From NCBI GenBank assembly GCA_964016885.1, contig OZ024745.1, positions 103,168,001 through 103,232,000 of the forward strand: a stretch of DNA of 64,000 nt. The letters run 5' to 3'. Below the pieces are notes generated by a model, which had not been told where the DNA came from, did not search any database, and saw only the letters and a program-made list of their open reading frames with translations. This DNA is from Eledone cirrhosa. Taxonomy: Eukaryota. The translations under genes were made by a program, and so were the position numbers. Of this stretch, positions 1 to 11,510 are shown piece after piece; the first letter of the stretch is position 1, and every line of letters begins with the position of its first letter.

Positions 1-364
1 TGTCCTTAGTTTAGTTTAACATCTGTACATTTATTTCAGCATACTCTCTAAGTTGTTCATACTTCGAAAAAAAACTTAATTCTAGATTTTAATAAAAACT
101 TAAATAGCATAATTAGTTAATAGTTAATTGATTTTGTAGTGAGGAATTCACTAATAAAGTGTGTGTGTTGTGTGTTTGTTGTGTGTTTGTTGTGGTTTGT
201 TGTGTGAGTATGTTATGTATTTGTGTGTGTGGTTGGATGTTTATGTATTGTGTGTGTTGTGTGTGTGTGTATGTGTGTGTGTGTGTATATATATATATTT
301 ATTAAGAAGTGTGATAGAAAACGATGTCTACATTAAAGTTAAATCTGCTACATTTTAAGCTATA

Positions 365-1040
365 TCATCATCATCTTCGTTTAACGTCCATTTTCCACGC
401 TAGCATGGGTTAGATGGGAGTTGTCCTGCTTAAGGCAAGGCTGGTCTAGTGACCATATCTCGCTCATATAGGACTATCTGGCAGGTTTTCTACGGCTGGA
501 TGCCCTTCCTAACACCAACCACATTTACAGTGTGGAACTGGGAACTTTTTACCGTGTTACCTACACGGCCACATTACAGCGTGGACTGTGTGTGTTTTTT
601 GTTGTGACACCTACACGATCTCGATCTCATTTTCTCGTGCTGTTGGTGGGAGTGAGAGGATAGGGTAGGGGGTAGTGGATTGGGGTGTATATTTGGTTAA
701 GAGGTGCCTACTGACTGTAGACTTCGCTTTGTACATAGGCAAAGCGAGTCTTCTGTATTACTGCGTAGCGCCAAAGATCTCGGTCCAGAGACATTGTCTT
801 AGAGAGATGTAAGTGCGTGAGATTGGAATTTATCAGATCATCCCATGTTTTTATGGGTCTACCTACTCCATAACTACCATCAATTTTGATCGCCCTACAC
901 TTTTTTATGCAGCTGTCATCTTTCATGCGCATCACATAACCATACCAACGTAGTCTTCTCTCAAGTAAACAGCATCTGATCCCTCTTATTCCTAATTTCT
1001 CACTTAGTTCATTTATGCTTTGCCGTTCACGTATATTACT
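365..1040 (-). mobile_element. 5'-truncated RTE LINE (ORF C-terminus, long 3' UTR, (TGA)n tail)
   Basis: ORF 708-1109 (RLRWYGYVMRMKDDSCIKKC...) matches the C-terminus of 31594-34332. The UTR matches 34333-34725. (TCA)n at 365; the 5' end abuts (TA)n. Confidence 0.9.
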
Positions 1041-1066
1041 ATATATATATATATATATATATATAC

Positions 1067-1288
1067 ATAATGAAGGAGTTGTGGTAAGGAACCAGATGGA
1101 CCATAACACACCAGAGTACTCAATACTTAGTAGTATTGAGTACTCTGGTGTGTAGTGTAGTAGAGTGGGTAATAGGAGAAAGTACGACCCGGACGGTAGA
1201 GTTCAAGCTGTTTCGATGGCTATTTCTGGACTAAAGTAAGAGTTTTTAGTCTGGTAAGTAAATTACTTACGAGACTAAAAACTCTTAC
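1067..1288 (-). mobile_element. (TA)n-embedded Penelope-pLTR-like element, family A, half hammerhead with two internal palindromes
   Basis: Homologous to 11314-11510 and 41281-41477. Carries GAAACAGC-TTGAACTCT-ACCGTC (diverged helix III). Palindromes at about 1107-1152 and 1236-1288. Confidence 0.65.
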
Positions 1289-1335
1289 ATATACATACAT
1301 ATAAATATATATATATATATACATATAAATATATA

Positions 1336-1668
1336 CATCATCATCATTTTACGTCCGCTTTTCCCTGCTTGCAAGGGTGGGACAGGAACTGATTCTGGCT
1401 TGATTTCTACAGCTAGATGCCCTTCCTAACACCAACCTCATTTACAGTGAGTGCTGGGTGCTTTTTTTCCGTGGCGTCTACACGACCACTTTGCAGTGGA
1501 ATGATAGGGACCCCAGTCCAATCATCTCATTTCTACAGCTGAGTAAACTGGAACAATGTGAAATAAAGTATCTTGCTCAAGGAAACAACGCATCACCCGG
1601 TCTGAGAATTGAACTCACAACCTTTCGATTGCAAGCCCAATGCTCTAACCACTAAGCCATGTGCCTCC
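1336..1668 (-). mobile_element. tRNA-derived SINE with RTE-type 3' tail
   Basis: Head GGAGGCACATGGCTTAGTGGTTAGAGC (box A) and GAGTTCAATTC (box B), central TCCTTGAGCAAGA domain, RTE-like tail and (TGA)n. Near-identical to 31123-31469 and 51800-52146. Confidence 0.85.
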
Positions 1669-2119
1669 ATATATATATATATATAAAATTTAAAGGGTAT
1701 ATACATATAAACTAGACAGAGTCATAGATATATATTATATGTTTTTGGCAACCATTCACGATGTGGCTCAATGACAAATTAATTAAATAATTAATAATCA
1801 GAGCAAGATATAAAAAGTAAGTCCATAGAATCATTAGATAAAATATATACAGTATTTCTTCACCCAATCAGCATAAATCAACCACACAAAATATCATTTA
1901 AACGAGGCTGTAAGTTTAAAATATACTTATGAAGAAACAATAGATAAATGATATAGCTTTTTATCCGCGACTCACAGTTACAAAAAATTTACCTAGTATT
2001 CCTAATAGTCTGTAGAAATTGGCCAGACATATAGTTAACCATACATAATTAGGTACAAAATCAAAGTTAGAAGGAAAAATGTCCATAAACCTTACCAAAA
2101 ATCATCAAATATCTCTACT

Positions 2120-2163
<44 letters not shown>

Positions 2164-2165
<2 letters not shown>

Positions 2166-2415
2166 CGATATTAAATAAATGGAAACTATATTTATAAAAC
2201 CATATTTATTTCATTATATATATTTCAGGGATATCATATTAAAATTATAAACAGTCTTATAAATAGATAGATTTGACATACCTTACACTTCAACTTCCAT
2301 TTAAAAGACTGTTTATATTTTTAATATGATATATTTTTAATATGATATCCCTGAAATATATATAATGAAATAAATATGGTTTTATAAATATAGTTTCCAT
2401 TTATTTAATATCGTA
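2164..2415. repeat. Fold-back inverted repeat next to (TA)n
   Basis: About 2164-2258 is the reverse complement of about 2306-2415, which also has a short internal duplication. Spacer about 45 nt. Confidence 0.85.
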
Positions 2416-2498
2416 AATATACTCCAAATACTTGTTGAGTGCTTTTATATCAGTTATAAATATTTACTCGTTGTAACCCAACAATTTAAATAAAACTT

Positions 2499-2534
<36 letters not shown>

Positions 2535-2698
2535 CAATGGCCTACCTACAGTTTCTGCCTTTCAGATTCACTCACAAGTCATTGGTTAGACTGGAGCTAC
2601 AGTAGAAAACTCTTGGCCATGGTACCACACAATGAGACAGAATCTAAAACCATATGAGTCTGAAAGAAATTTCTTAATCACCCTGTCATGCCTGCACA
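2535..2698 (-). mobile_element. Old tRNA-derived SINE (degenerate)
   Basis: Degenerate tRNA-like head and central domain. Similar relics near 19660-19772, 44505-44640, 45478-45610 and 62590-62720. Confidence 0.5.
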
Positions 2699-3038
2699 TA
2701 GCCTTATCCAAATACATGTAAAGGTAGGATTTATAACGCAGGTACAAAAGTAAGGTTCTTGTTTCTTCAAAGTAAACATGATGGTTACATAACAGCTTTC
2801 CACCTCTCCACACAGCTCTGTGCATCTTAACTGAAGTCAGCAAAGTCTTTTGAGCTGTAAGAGTTATGTAACAGACAGCAGATAAAGCACTACTTCATAG
2901 TCTGGCATCACCTCCAGTCCCCTTACTCATTGAACTTAAGGATTTCTAGGTTAAAGATTAAAGAGTTTTGGTTAGAAAGTTTTTTTTGTTTTTTTTTTAA
3001 ATCAGTCATTCTATGTGTGTTAAGTTAATATTTTGTAA

Positions 3039-3366
3039 AGGCGCGTGGCTTTGTGGTTAGAGAATTTGGCTCAAGATTGTAAGGTCATGAGTTTGAATCC
3101 CAGTGACGCATTGTGTCCTTGAGCAAGGCACTTTATTTCATGTTGCTCCAGTCCATGCAGTTTGCATAAAGAAAAAAAAAATGAGCTGTACCTGTAATTC
3201 AAATGGCCAACCTTGTCACATTTTGTGTCATGCTGAATCTTCCTGAGAACTACATTATGGATATGCATGTTTGTGGAATGTTCAGCCACATGCTCATTAA
3301 TTTCATGAGCAGGCTATTCATTGATCAGATCAATTAGAACACTCGTCGTTGTAATCGACAGAGTGC
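3039..3366 (+). mobile_element. tRNA-derived SINE, same head and core as 1336-1668 but a different tail
   Basis: GGCGCGTGGCTTTGTGGTTAGA head and GTGTCCTTGAGCAAGGCACTTTATTTCA core. Second copy at about 12095-12403. Confidence 0.75.
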
Positions 3367-3381
3367 AGTCCCTTCCCTTAA

Positions 3382-3602
3382 CCCTTTAGCATTTACATTA
3401 CTCTATATATACTATTATATTTCCATAGTAAAGGTTTTACCTCACATAATTATCTCACATAATATCTAATCTATGAGATTTTGGTATTATTTATTTTGAG
3501 AACAATACCTTAACATCAGTATGAGTGGTCAGTTATAGCTGGTTTGAACTGAAAGAGATGAGAGAATTCTGGCTGGATACGGCTCGTTTAAATGCTAAAG
3601 AG
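3382..3602 (+). mobile_element. piggyBac-like MITE with TTAA TSD
   Basis: TTAA|CCCTTTAGCATTTA ... TAAATGCTAAAGAG|TTAA. Further copies at 19229, 19830, 53620 and 61953. Confidence 0.8.
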
Positions 3603-5614
3603 TTAAATTAACATTTTAAGAGTATTTTTGTTTATTTTTCATAAAAATAATTCTTGGATGCAATCTGTTAATCATGTAAATGATACGTGGCTCTGATATT
3701 CCTAATTTGTTCAAATCCGTTATTGAGATTCACTTATATCATGGTATGAGTTATTTCAGTACACTATCGCCTGTAGCATTGGAAATGTTCAGGGAATCTA
3801 TGCAGCATACAATGCTGTGAGTGTCTTGGCTTGCCTCAAAAGTTATTAGAGAGAAACTCAAGTATTCCTTGTAGCACATAATTTAGAGCGTATAGCTTCT
3901 CTCCTTTCTTTCTGTTTCTGATTAATTTCTTTTGTTTCGTTTGTAAACCACATTCCTTATATTGTTTGAATACCAGATGACACTCAAATAATATTAGTTT
4001 CATGCTCACCATGTCATACAGCTATTAATGGATGAATGATCCTGTAACTCCTGTTGGAGTTGTAGGGGCACAATAGTGGCATATGGCATTTCTTGGGCAT
4101 TTTGAAGCCAGGCGAAGCCTATCTCCTCTCCAGGTCTGAACACAGCAGATTTCTTCCAGAGAAGGATAGAAAGTGAGACAGAGTGGAAGTGAGAATGCGA
4201 TATGGGGGAATAATCGAGCCCAGTACTTGACTGATACTTTTGTTATCAACCTTGAAAGTTGAATGATAAAGTTGACCTCAGCGGGATTTGAACTTAGAGG
4301 GCAGAGAACTAGAAGGAATACTGCAAAGCATTCTATCCAACGTTCTAACAACTCTGCCAATTCGTCGCCTAACTCCCAGTAATGCAGGATGTCAAGGATT
4401 TGCACAAGGGACAGTTTTCCTTGAGAAAATGTATTAGGTCACAATGACAATTTCTTGTAACACACTGTTTTATCACACACCTTCATAGGTATCAATCAGA
4501 ACGATGTGAGTCATTAATTAACTTCATATCTTCTACACAAGCAAGATGAAGTTGAATACAATAAAGAAGTCTTAATTTGAGCGAAAAAGTAATTGTGTAT
4601 TGTGTATTTGACATTTGTTGTAACTCTCTTCAATAATCATTTGACAAATACACATTCATCATTCATCATCATCATCATTGTTTAAGGCTTATTTTCCATG
4701 CTTGCATGAGTTAGCCACATCCTGTTAGAATTTGCAGCATGGTTTTCATCAAGGCTAAAACTTGGTATATCTTAAGATAGGAATCTAGAGATGCACCTAT
4801 TTGCTCAGCTGACTACCTATATGCTATAAGCCTACATTATCAGGGTTAACTTAGTCTGAATGACAACCCCAGGAAGATGAAAGGCAAAGTTAACCATGGG
4901 AGAATGTAAAAAGGTGGAATAAAAATCACAAAACATTTTTCAATTCTACTAAGAAGTTGCTATACAGTTGGTCAAGTTGCTAGAAATAGCAAATAAATCT
5001 CTTTCAAATTAAACCCTTCCATCTTGGAAAAAAAATAAAGAACCCAATTGATAATGTAGTCCTCGATAGCTCTAAAACAATGGGATGATCATAGAAATGT
5101 TCAGTTATAATTAACTTCGAACTAAACAACAATAGCACCGGGTGAGCAGATTTATGATATTGTTAGCATGATTTACATAAAAGTTGATGTTGTGAGAGTG
5201 TGATTCAAAGCATAATTAGAATAGGGTTGACCTTTGATCAGTAATCTGGTATCTTATTGATTAGAGCCAGTACTGACTCTAATGTACATTAGCTGTCTTG
5301 TTTTAAAGTTAGATTAAATGAATTATATTGATGAGTTGTTCTCTATAACCAAGATTTCTAAATCACATTATATAGCGGAGGAAAATATCTGTGGTTGAGA
5401 AATGTCTGTAATTTCAGACATTTGGAAATGAAGTTACAGTATATAGCCAGTCCATATCATTGTGTTACCATAGTGATTCTATTTTAGGAACATCAACATT
5501 TTATATACATCATATACAAGTATTATATAGCTGAGCAGTTTCTAGTTTATAAATTTACCGCTTAAAACCTTCCTCCTATTCCTTTTTATATCTTTTAGTC
5601 CTTTTCTTTATTAT

Positions 5615-5832
5615 TGGTGGGTTGGTAGTATCAGTAGATGGTCGGACACCATGCTTTGTAGCATAGAGTTACGGCCCTTTATGATCTGAGTTCAAATCCT
5701 GTCAAGGTTAACTTTGCCTTTCATCCTTACGGGGTTGATAAAATAAAGTACCAGTCACACACTGGGGTCGATTTAATCGACTTTCCCCTCCCCCAAAATT
5801 GCTGGTCTTGTGCCTAAATAAGAAACCATTAT
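5615..5832 (+). mobile_element. tRNA-derived SINE (GCCTTTCATCCTTACGGGGTCGATAAA family)
   Basis: GAGTTCAAATCC box B, conserved central domain, ATT-rich tail. Many full or partial copies in the window (e.g. 4200, 12505, 14430, 16740, 47474, 51235, 55260, 60640). Confidence 0.8.
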
Positions 5833-6317
5833 TTTCTAATTTCTCTCTGTTTCCTTTTATATTTGTATCTATTTTAATCACCCTTTGATTTTTATCTGTT
5901 TTTCTCATTATTACCTTTATAACTGTTTTTTATTAACTTCACTTTTATGTTTGCCTTGGGCTTGCTTTTATATCTGTTTTATTAATCATTATCTTTATAT
6001 CTATTTTGTTCATCCACATTTTTGTATCTATTTTTTAACCTTGCTTTACATTATCTTTCAGCTATACCTCAGCTTGAGAATGATCTTCCTCCAACTGACA
6101 TGGAAGTCCTCTTTCCTGGCTCAGACACATGTAGGATCATTGGAAGGCACTCAACCACTTGAGAACAAGAATCAGGTAATCAAAAGCTGCTTGCGTTAGA
6201 TGGAGTATAGGACTGGCTCAGCCACCTGCAAATGTTGAGAAGCCAACATCTTTCTACCAGAACTGTTACCTTTGGTTTTAAACTGTATTCCATTGCATCA
6301 TAAATGTATTTTGTATA

Positions 6318-6905
6318 ACAGTGTCTGGCAAAATGTTTAGTGGACTTACACTTAAGAGACTGTACATGGAATTTGACCTAGCATCATGATTGATAGTTGC
6401 CTCAGTAAAGTTGTTTTCTTTCTCTTTTGTGGTAGTTCAAGTATATAACCTGTTTCAGATTTCACAGCTCCATATAACTTCTTGATAATATCGTTTATGG
6501 CTTCATATATTACATTATTACAAGTAGCCCACATGCCAATTTTTCATTTTACACAGAAATGTTGACAGTATTTATTATGAAAAAGACTTGATCATCTTCC
6601 AGCAAAGCAATCCCAAATTTTGATAACTTTTGATAAAGAAATTCATAGCAAACAAGAAATTCATTGAAACTGATACTTGAATGTCTTTTATAAAAACAGA
6701 ATCCTTTAAGTTATGTATGCTCTTGCATTGTCATCATGAAGATAATGTTACCTAATTTATCTGCTGTAACTTTTGAGTCTAGTATCTTTAACAATGTCTG
6801 CAGGGTGCTAGGTCATGGATACAATTCCATATGCTAGGAGGTGATAAAGACACAGCAGTACTTTGCTTCGTTTGTTGGCAGATGCTTATAATGAGCCCAA
6901 ATCTC
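6318..6905 (-). pseudogene. Degenerate LTR-retrotransposon (copia-like) gag fossil
   Basis: Frameshifted pieces: EIW, KQSTAVSLS, YEFLYQKLSKFGIALLEDD, ATCNNVIYEAINDIIKKLYG and knuckle-like SLKCKSTKHFARHC. Recognised by eye only. Confidence 0.5.
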
Positions 6906-8714
6906 TAAATCTTTTTCTGTATGCGATTCCTTGTTATACAAATCGGTATTTGTTTCTCAAAATTCACCATTGAATCTAAATTGTAACACAACAAGCTGTA
7001 AAAGGAAATATTTCCTATCGTATTTGGATGAAGGAAACTATTAACCTTGCTAAAGATCATCATCTAAGAGTAAGTGCTGCAAGAATAAAAGGAATAGTGA
7101 TTAACAAGGAAGTTCAGGGGTTATGAGCAAATTTCAGATGAACTAACAAAGGTAGGAGCTTCCTCATATTCTGAAATATATATTACATCATTGTTAGTGT
7201 GGGGGTGTTTAGGTACATAAAAATCACAGCCAATAAAATAAATCTAAAAGGTATCTGCTTTTATGTTGTAAACATTTACTTTTGAATTCTTTTTTGTTGA
7301 TAAACTGAAAGATTTATTTGAGAAAATGTCTTTCATAATGATTTATTTGTGAATTGTTTTCAATACGAAGTTGCTTCCTAACAATAAAAAGTTGCTGTCA
7401 ATTGTCACCATCCAAAGAATTAGCTCAACAAGGTGGGATAGACTGAGGTCAGATTCAGAAAATAAATAATTTTGTCTAAAGCTGAGATAATACTTATGTG
7501 ATTCAGTTTCATTAGTTTTCCTTTCACTTTTATTCACTTTCAGTTTATTGCCTGTTATTTTATTACCTAACGTGAAACATATCCCCATCCCCTTAGTGTT
7601 TATTCTATATATACCCTCCTTTTGGTGGGGGTAGTGGGTATTGTATTTGTTGATGGTTAGGATTTTAAAGACTTTCAATTTCTTAGGATTGCCATGTACA
7701 AAGGACTATATATAACATGTTACGCGATGCAGAGGTGTAACAAGAGGTTTAGAACTGAAAACTTCAAAGAAGTTCACCAGCAAAGTTGATATTTGATTTA
7801 TCTCCATTTTGTTTACACATAGCATCTGAATTTATAGCAAACGTTTTTATCAAGTGTTCTCTGAGAAATGTAGATAGGAGATAGCTCAACACAGTTTCAA
7901 TTTTGGCTTGTATGCCACAAAGTATTTTGTCTGGTGCTGTTCTGCTAGAGAATGGGTCGCAGGCGGTGGATAGTGATATGACCATCAGATATGATGGCTA
8001 GTTGCGATATAAGCGGGCAACTTGGCTGGTCATGCTTGGGGATGCAGCCAGATCAGTTGGAGATGGTTCCTTCTGACAGAATCTGCTGGAAGGAGTGTTT
8101 CAGGACTCTGCCTCCACGATCCTCCCAAGAATAAGTGAGCAAAGAAAAAGAAGAAGCATTATAAATTCTGAGAATTGTAATAATAATAATGATAATACTT
8201 CATCTGGTAACAACCAGAATTGAAATGAAAGAAAAGTATTTAATTCTGTCATCCATATAATTTTCTATTATCATTATAATTACAGTTAATGGTATCATGT
8301 GTTGTTGAGTTCTTAGTGAACTTAGTTTTAATTGCCATTTCGATCCACTTCCCTTACGCTACCAATGACATTAGCAAGAGTATAAACATTACATTTTCCT
8401 GTTTACTGTTCATTTCAGATTCTAAAGAATAAACAAAAACAAATGTAATTTTATTTTGAGTGCTCATGTCGTTTTTTTTTTATCTGTTAGTAATATCATT
8501 TCTTTTACTTGTAGACATACATTGAGTCTGGTCTTTCTCATTTCATCTAAGCCAATATTTTTACATGAGTTTGTATAACACTAGCCAAAGTCTCTTTTGG
8601 GAATCCTTGATAATAGATCTTGAAATAATAAAAGGAAAATATCCCACCTGATTCACATGTTGAAAGGTGGTTGATGAGCATGGTTTGAGTGAATCAGCTT
8701 ATTCTCAGCATGCA

Positions 8715-9420
8715 CCTCTAGTAGCATGGGTTAGATGAGCTGTCCCATGTTTTGCTCACACAGAACAGATTTGGGCTTGGTTTCTATGGCTGGATGTTCT
8801 TCCTAATGCCAACCACATATACATTATGTATTGGGTGCTTTTGGTTGTGATACCTACCCAACCACTTTATATTGTGGATAGGGGATTTGGGTGGGGGAGA
8901 TGCATGGGGAATTGGAGAGGTAGATATAGGGGTGGGGGGATTACAATGTGGGAGGGGTGATGGGAGGGAAGATGGTGCATACTATATGTATGCCTCAGCT
9001 CTTGCATATGGGAAGGCAGTTCTTCTGTATTACTGCATAATGATAGAGCATCACAGTCCTGTGTCATCACCTTTGAGAGGTGAATTGTGCAAGGTCAGCT
9101 TTTATTACCTCATCCAAAGTCTTCCTAGGCCTGCCCACTGCATAGCTTCCATCAACTTTGAGCACTCTGCACTTTTTTATACAGCTTTCACCCTTTATAT
9201 TCATCTCATGTCCATGCCAACGCAATCTCCTCTCCTGCACACTGCATCTGATCCCTCTTATGCCTAATTTCTCTCTCAGTTTATTTATGCTTTGCCGTTC
9301 ACATATATTGCTATTACACATCTATCGAAGCATGGAAGCTTTATTTCTTTCCAATCTTTGGAGGTCCTCTGCACACGTTGTTGTTCGTATGCATGCACCA
9401 TACAGTCAGCCTTACATATA
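8715..9420 (-). mobile_element. Degenerate 5'-truncated RTE LINE (long-UTR subfamily)
   Basis: ORF 9067-9321 (MCNSNICERQ...RLRWHGH) matches the RTE C-terminus. UTR motif at about 8780-8830. Confidence 0.8.
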
Positions 9421-11205
9421 AAAAAAAGGAGTCCTGGAAATGTCATTATGAGAGACTGATGAATGTAGAGAACGAATGGGACAGAGAGGAATTACACCCA
9501 GTAGATCCGACAGAGGGACCAGCTATTGAGATTGATGAATATAGGGGAAAGAGGCAATTAAGGAAATGAAGAATGGTAAGGCTACTGGACTGTCGGCGAT
9601 AGTTGCTGAGATGCCGAAGGCATCAGGAAAAGTAGGCACTAAACTGATCATCAATCAGGCTATATATGGTGGTGTCATACCCAAAGACTGGTGCAGCAGT
9701 ATTCTCATAAATTGCTACAAAGGTAAAGGGGATTCTCTAGAGAGGAGCAATTATAGGGGCATAAAGCTGAAGGGATCAGGTTATGAAAGTGGCAGAGAGA
9801 ATATTAGCGCAACTGATTAGAGAAAGGGTCAAATTAGATAAGATGCAGTTTGGTTTTGTGCCTCAGAAAAGTACAACAGATGCCCTCTTCTTAGTGAGGC
9901 AACTACAAGAGAGAATTCTTAGAGAAGAATAAGCCACTATACTTAGCTTTTGTTGACCTAGAGAAGGCCTTTGATAGGGTACCTCAATCTGTCATCTGGT
10001 GGTCCCTAAGGAAACTAGGTGTAGAGGAATGGCTTATGAGGACAGTGCAAGCTATGTACAGGGGTGCTGTCAGTAAAGTGAGAATAGGAATGGAGTATAG
10101 TGAGGAATTCTAGATGCAAGTAGTTGTACATCAAGGTTCGGTCCTCAGCCGTCTCTTGTTCATTATAGTCCTCCAAGCCATAACAAAGGAGTTTAAGACT
10201 GGCTGCCCATGGGAACTTCTTTATGCTGATGATCTGGTTCTTATAGTAGAATCAGTAGAGGAGCTAGAGAATAAATTCTGGCTATGGAAACAGCAGTTGG
10301 AATCAAGAGGCCTGAGAGTTAACATAGTTAAAGCAAAAGTGTTGATAAGTAGAAGAGAGGACAATACTCTGATTCCATCAGGGAAATGGCCATGTTTGAT
10401 ATGTAGGAAAGGAACTGGCATAAATTCCATAAAATGTATGCAATGCAGATCTTGGGTACACAAGAGATGTAGTGGGATAGCAGGCAAACTAACAGGTAGG
10501 GAAAACTACGTATGCAGTAGATGTACAGGGAAAGTTGACAGTAGTAATCGCTGTGATAGACTCATTTTTCCAATGCAGGTGGGTTCTATAGAAGTGGTTG
10601 ATAGCTTCCAGTACCTAGGTGATCAGATTAGCATGGGAAGGGGGTGTTCCGAGACCATAGTATCTAGAATAAGGATGGATTGGAAGAAGTTTAGGGAGCT
10701 GCTTCCTCTGTTGACAAAGAAGGGTTTCTCTCTGCATATGAAAGGATGGTTATATGATGCCTGTATGAGATGCACAATGCTGCATAATAGTGAGGCATGG
10801 GCAGCAACTGCAGAAGATATGCGACGGCTGGAGAGAAATGAAGCAAGTATACTCCGTTGGATGTGCAATGTCAATGTGCGTGAACGACCAAGCATAGACA
10901 AGTTGAGAAAGAAACTCTGTATAAGAGGGGTAAGGTGTGCAGAGAGAAGGCTGAGATGGTATGGACTTGTGATGTTCATGGAACATGGAGGATGACCGCT
11001 GGGTAAAGAAGTAACAAGAAATCCCAGTAGAAGGAAAATCAGTAGAAGTAGACCATGAAAAACATGGGCAGAGGTGGTGAGAGCAGACCTCAGATCGCTG
11101 AAACTCACTGAGGAGATGACGAAGGACCATGCTGAATAGGACCTGTCCAACCCTTGCAAGCAGGGAAAAGCGGACGTAAAATGATGATGATGATGATGAT
11201 GATGA
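9421..11205 (+). pseudogene. 5'-truncated, disrupted RTE LINE (short-UTR subfamily)
   Basis: AFVDLEKAFDRVP, HQGSVLS, YADD, PHD-like Cys/His cluster, RLRWYG. Contains stops and frameshifts. (TGA)n tail. Confidence 0.92.
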
Positions 11206-11313
11206 TATATATATATATATATCATCATCATCATCATCATCGTTTAACGTCCATTTTCCACACTAGCATGGGTTAGACAGACCACAAACACACACACACA
11301 TATATATATATAT

Positions 11314-11510
11314 GTAATAGGAAAAGCGTCAGGACCCCGACGGCTGAGTTCCAGCTGTTTCGACAGCTAGTTTGGATCTAACTGTTGAAACAGCTGGAGC
11401 TCAACCATCGGGGTCCTGACTCTTTTCCTATTACCCACTCTACTACCCTAAGTATCGAATACTCAAGTGCATTATGGTCCACCTCGTTTCTTACCACACT
11501 TTCTTTGTTA
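11314..11510 (+). mobile_element. Family A fold-back element (half hammerhead) in (TA)n
   Basis: 11314-11370 is inverted against 11378-11434. Right arm has GAAACAGCTGGAGCTCAACCATC-GGGGTC. Tail matches 41400-41477. Confidence 0.7.

Noticed and set aside
161-358. Short ORFs rich in YI/CV/TH/M repeats (also 29540, 30296-30528, 41135, 54889, 57799)
   Set aside because: These are translations of (TA)n, (TG)n and (TGA)n microsatellites.
2586-2940. Possible minus-strand exon with an acceptor-like CTTTAACCTAG
   Set aside because: There are stops near the acceptor, no recognisable protein, and the ORF runs into a SINE.
7764-8130. GC-richer unique segment with a 73-aa ORF, possible host exon
   Set aside because: No recognisable homology or convincing splice pair. 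Needs RNA-seq or a translated search.
8715-11205. Back-to-back RTE pieces read as one twin-primed insertion
   Set aside because: Each piece has its own 3' end, they overlap in element coordinates, and they belong to different subfamilies.
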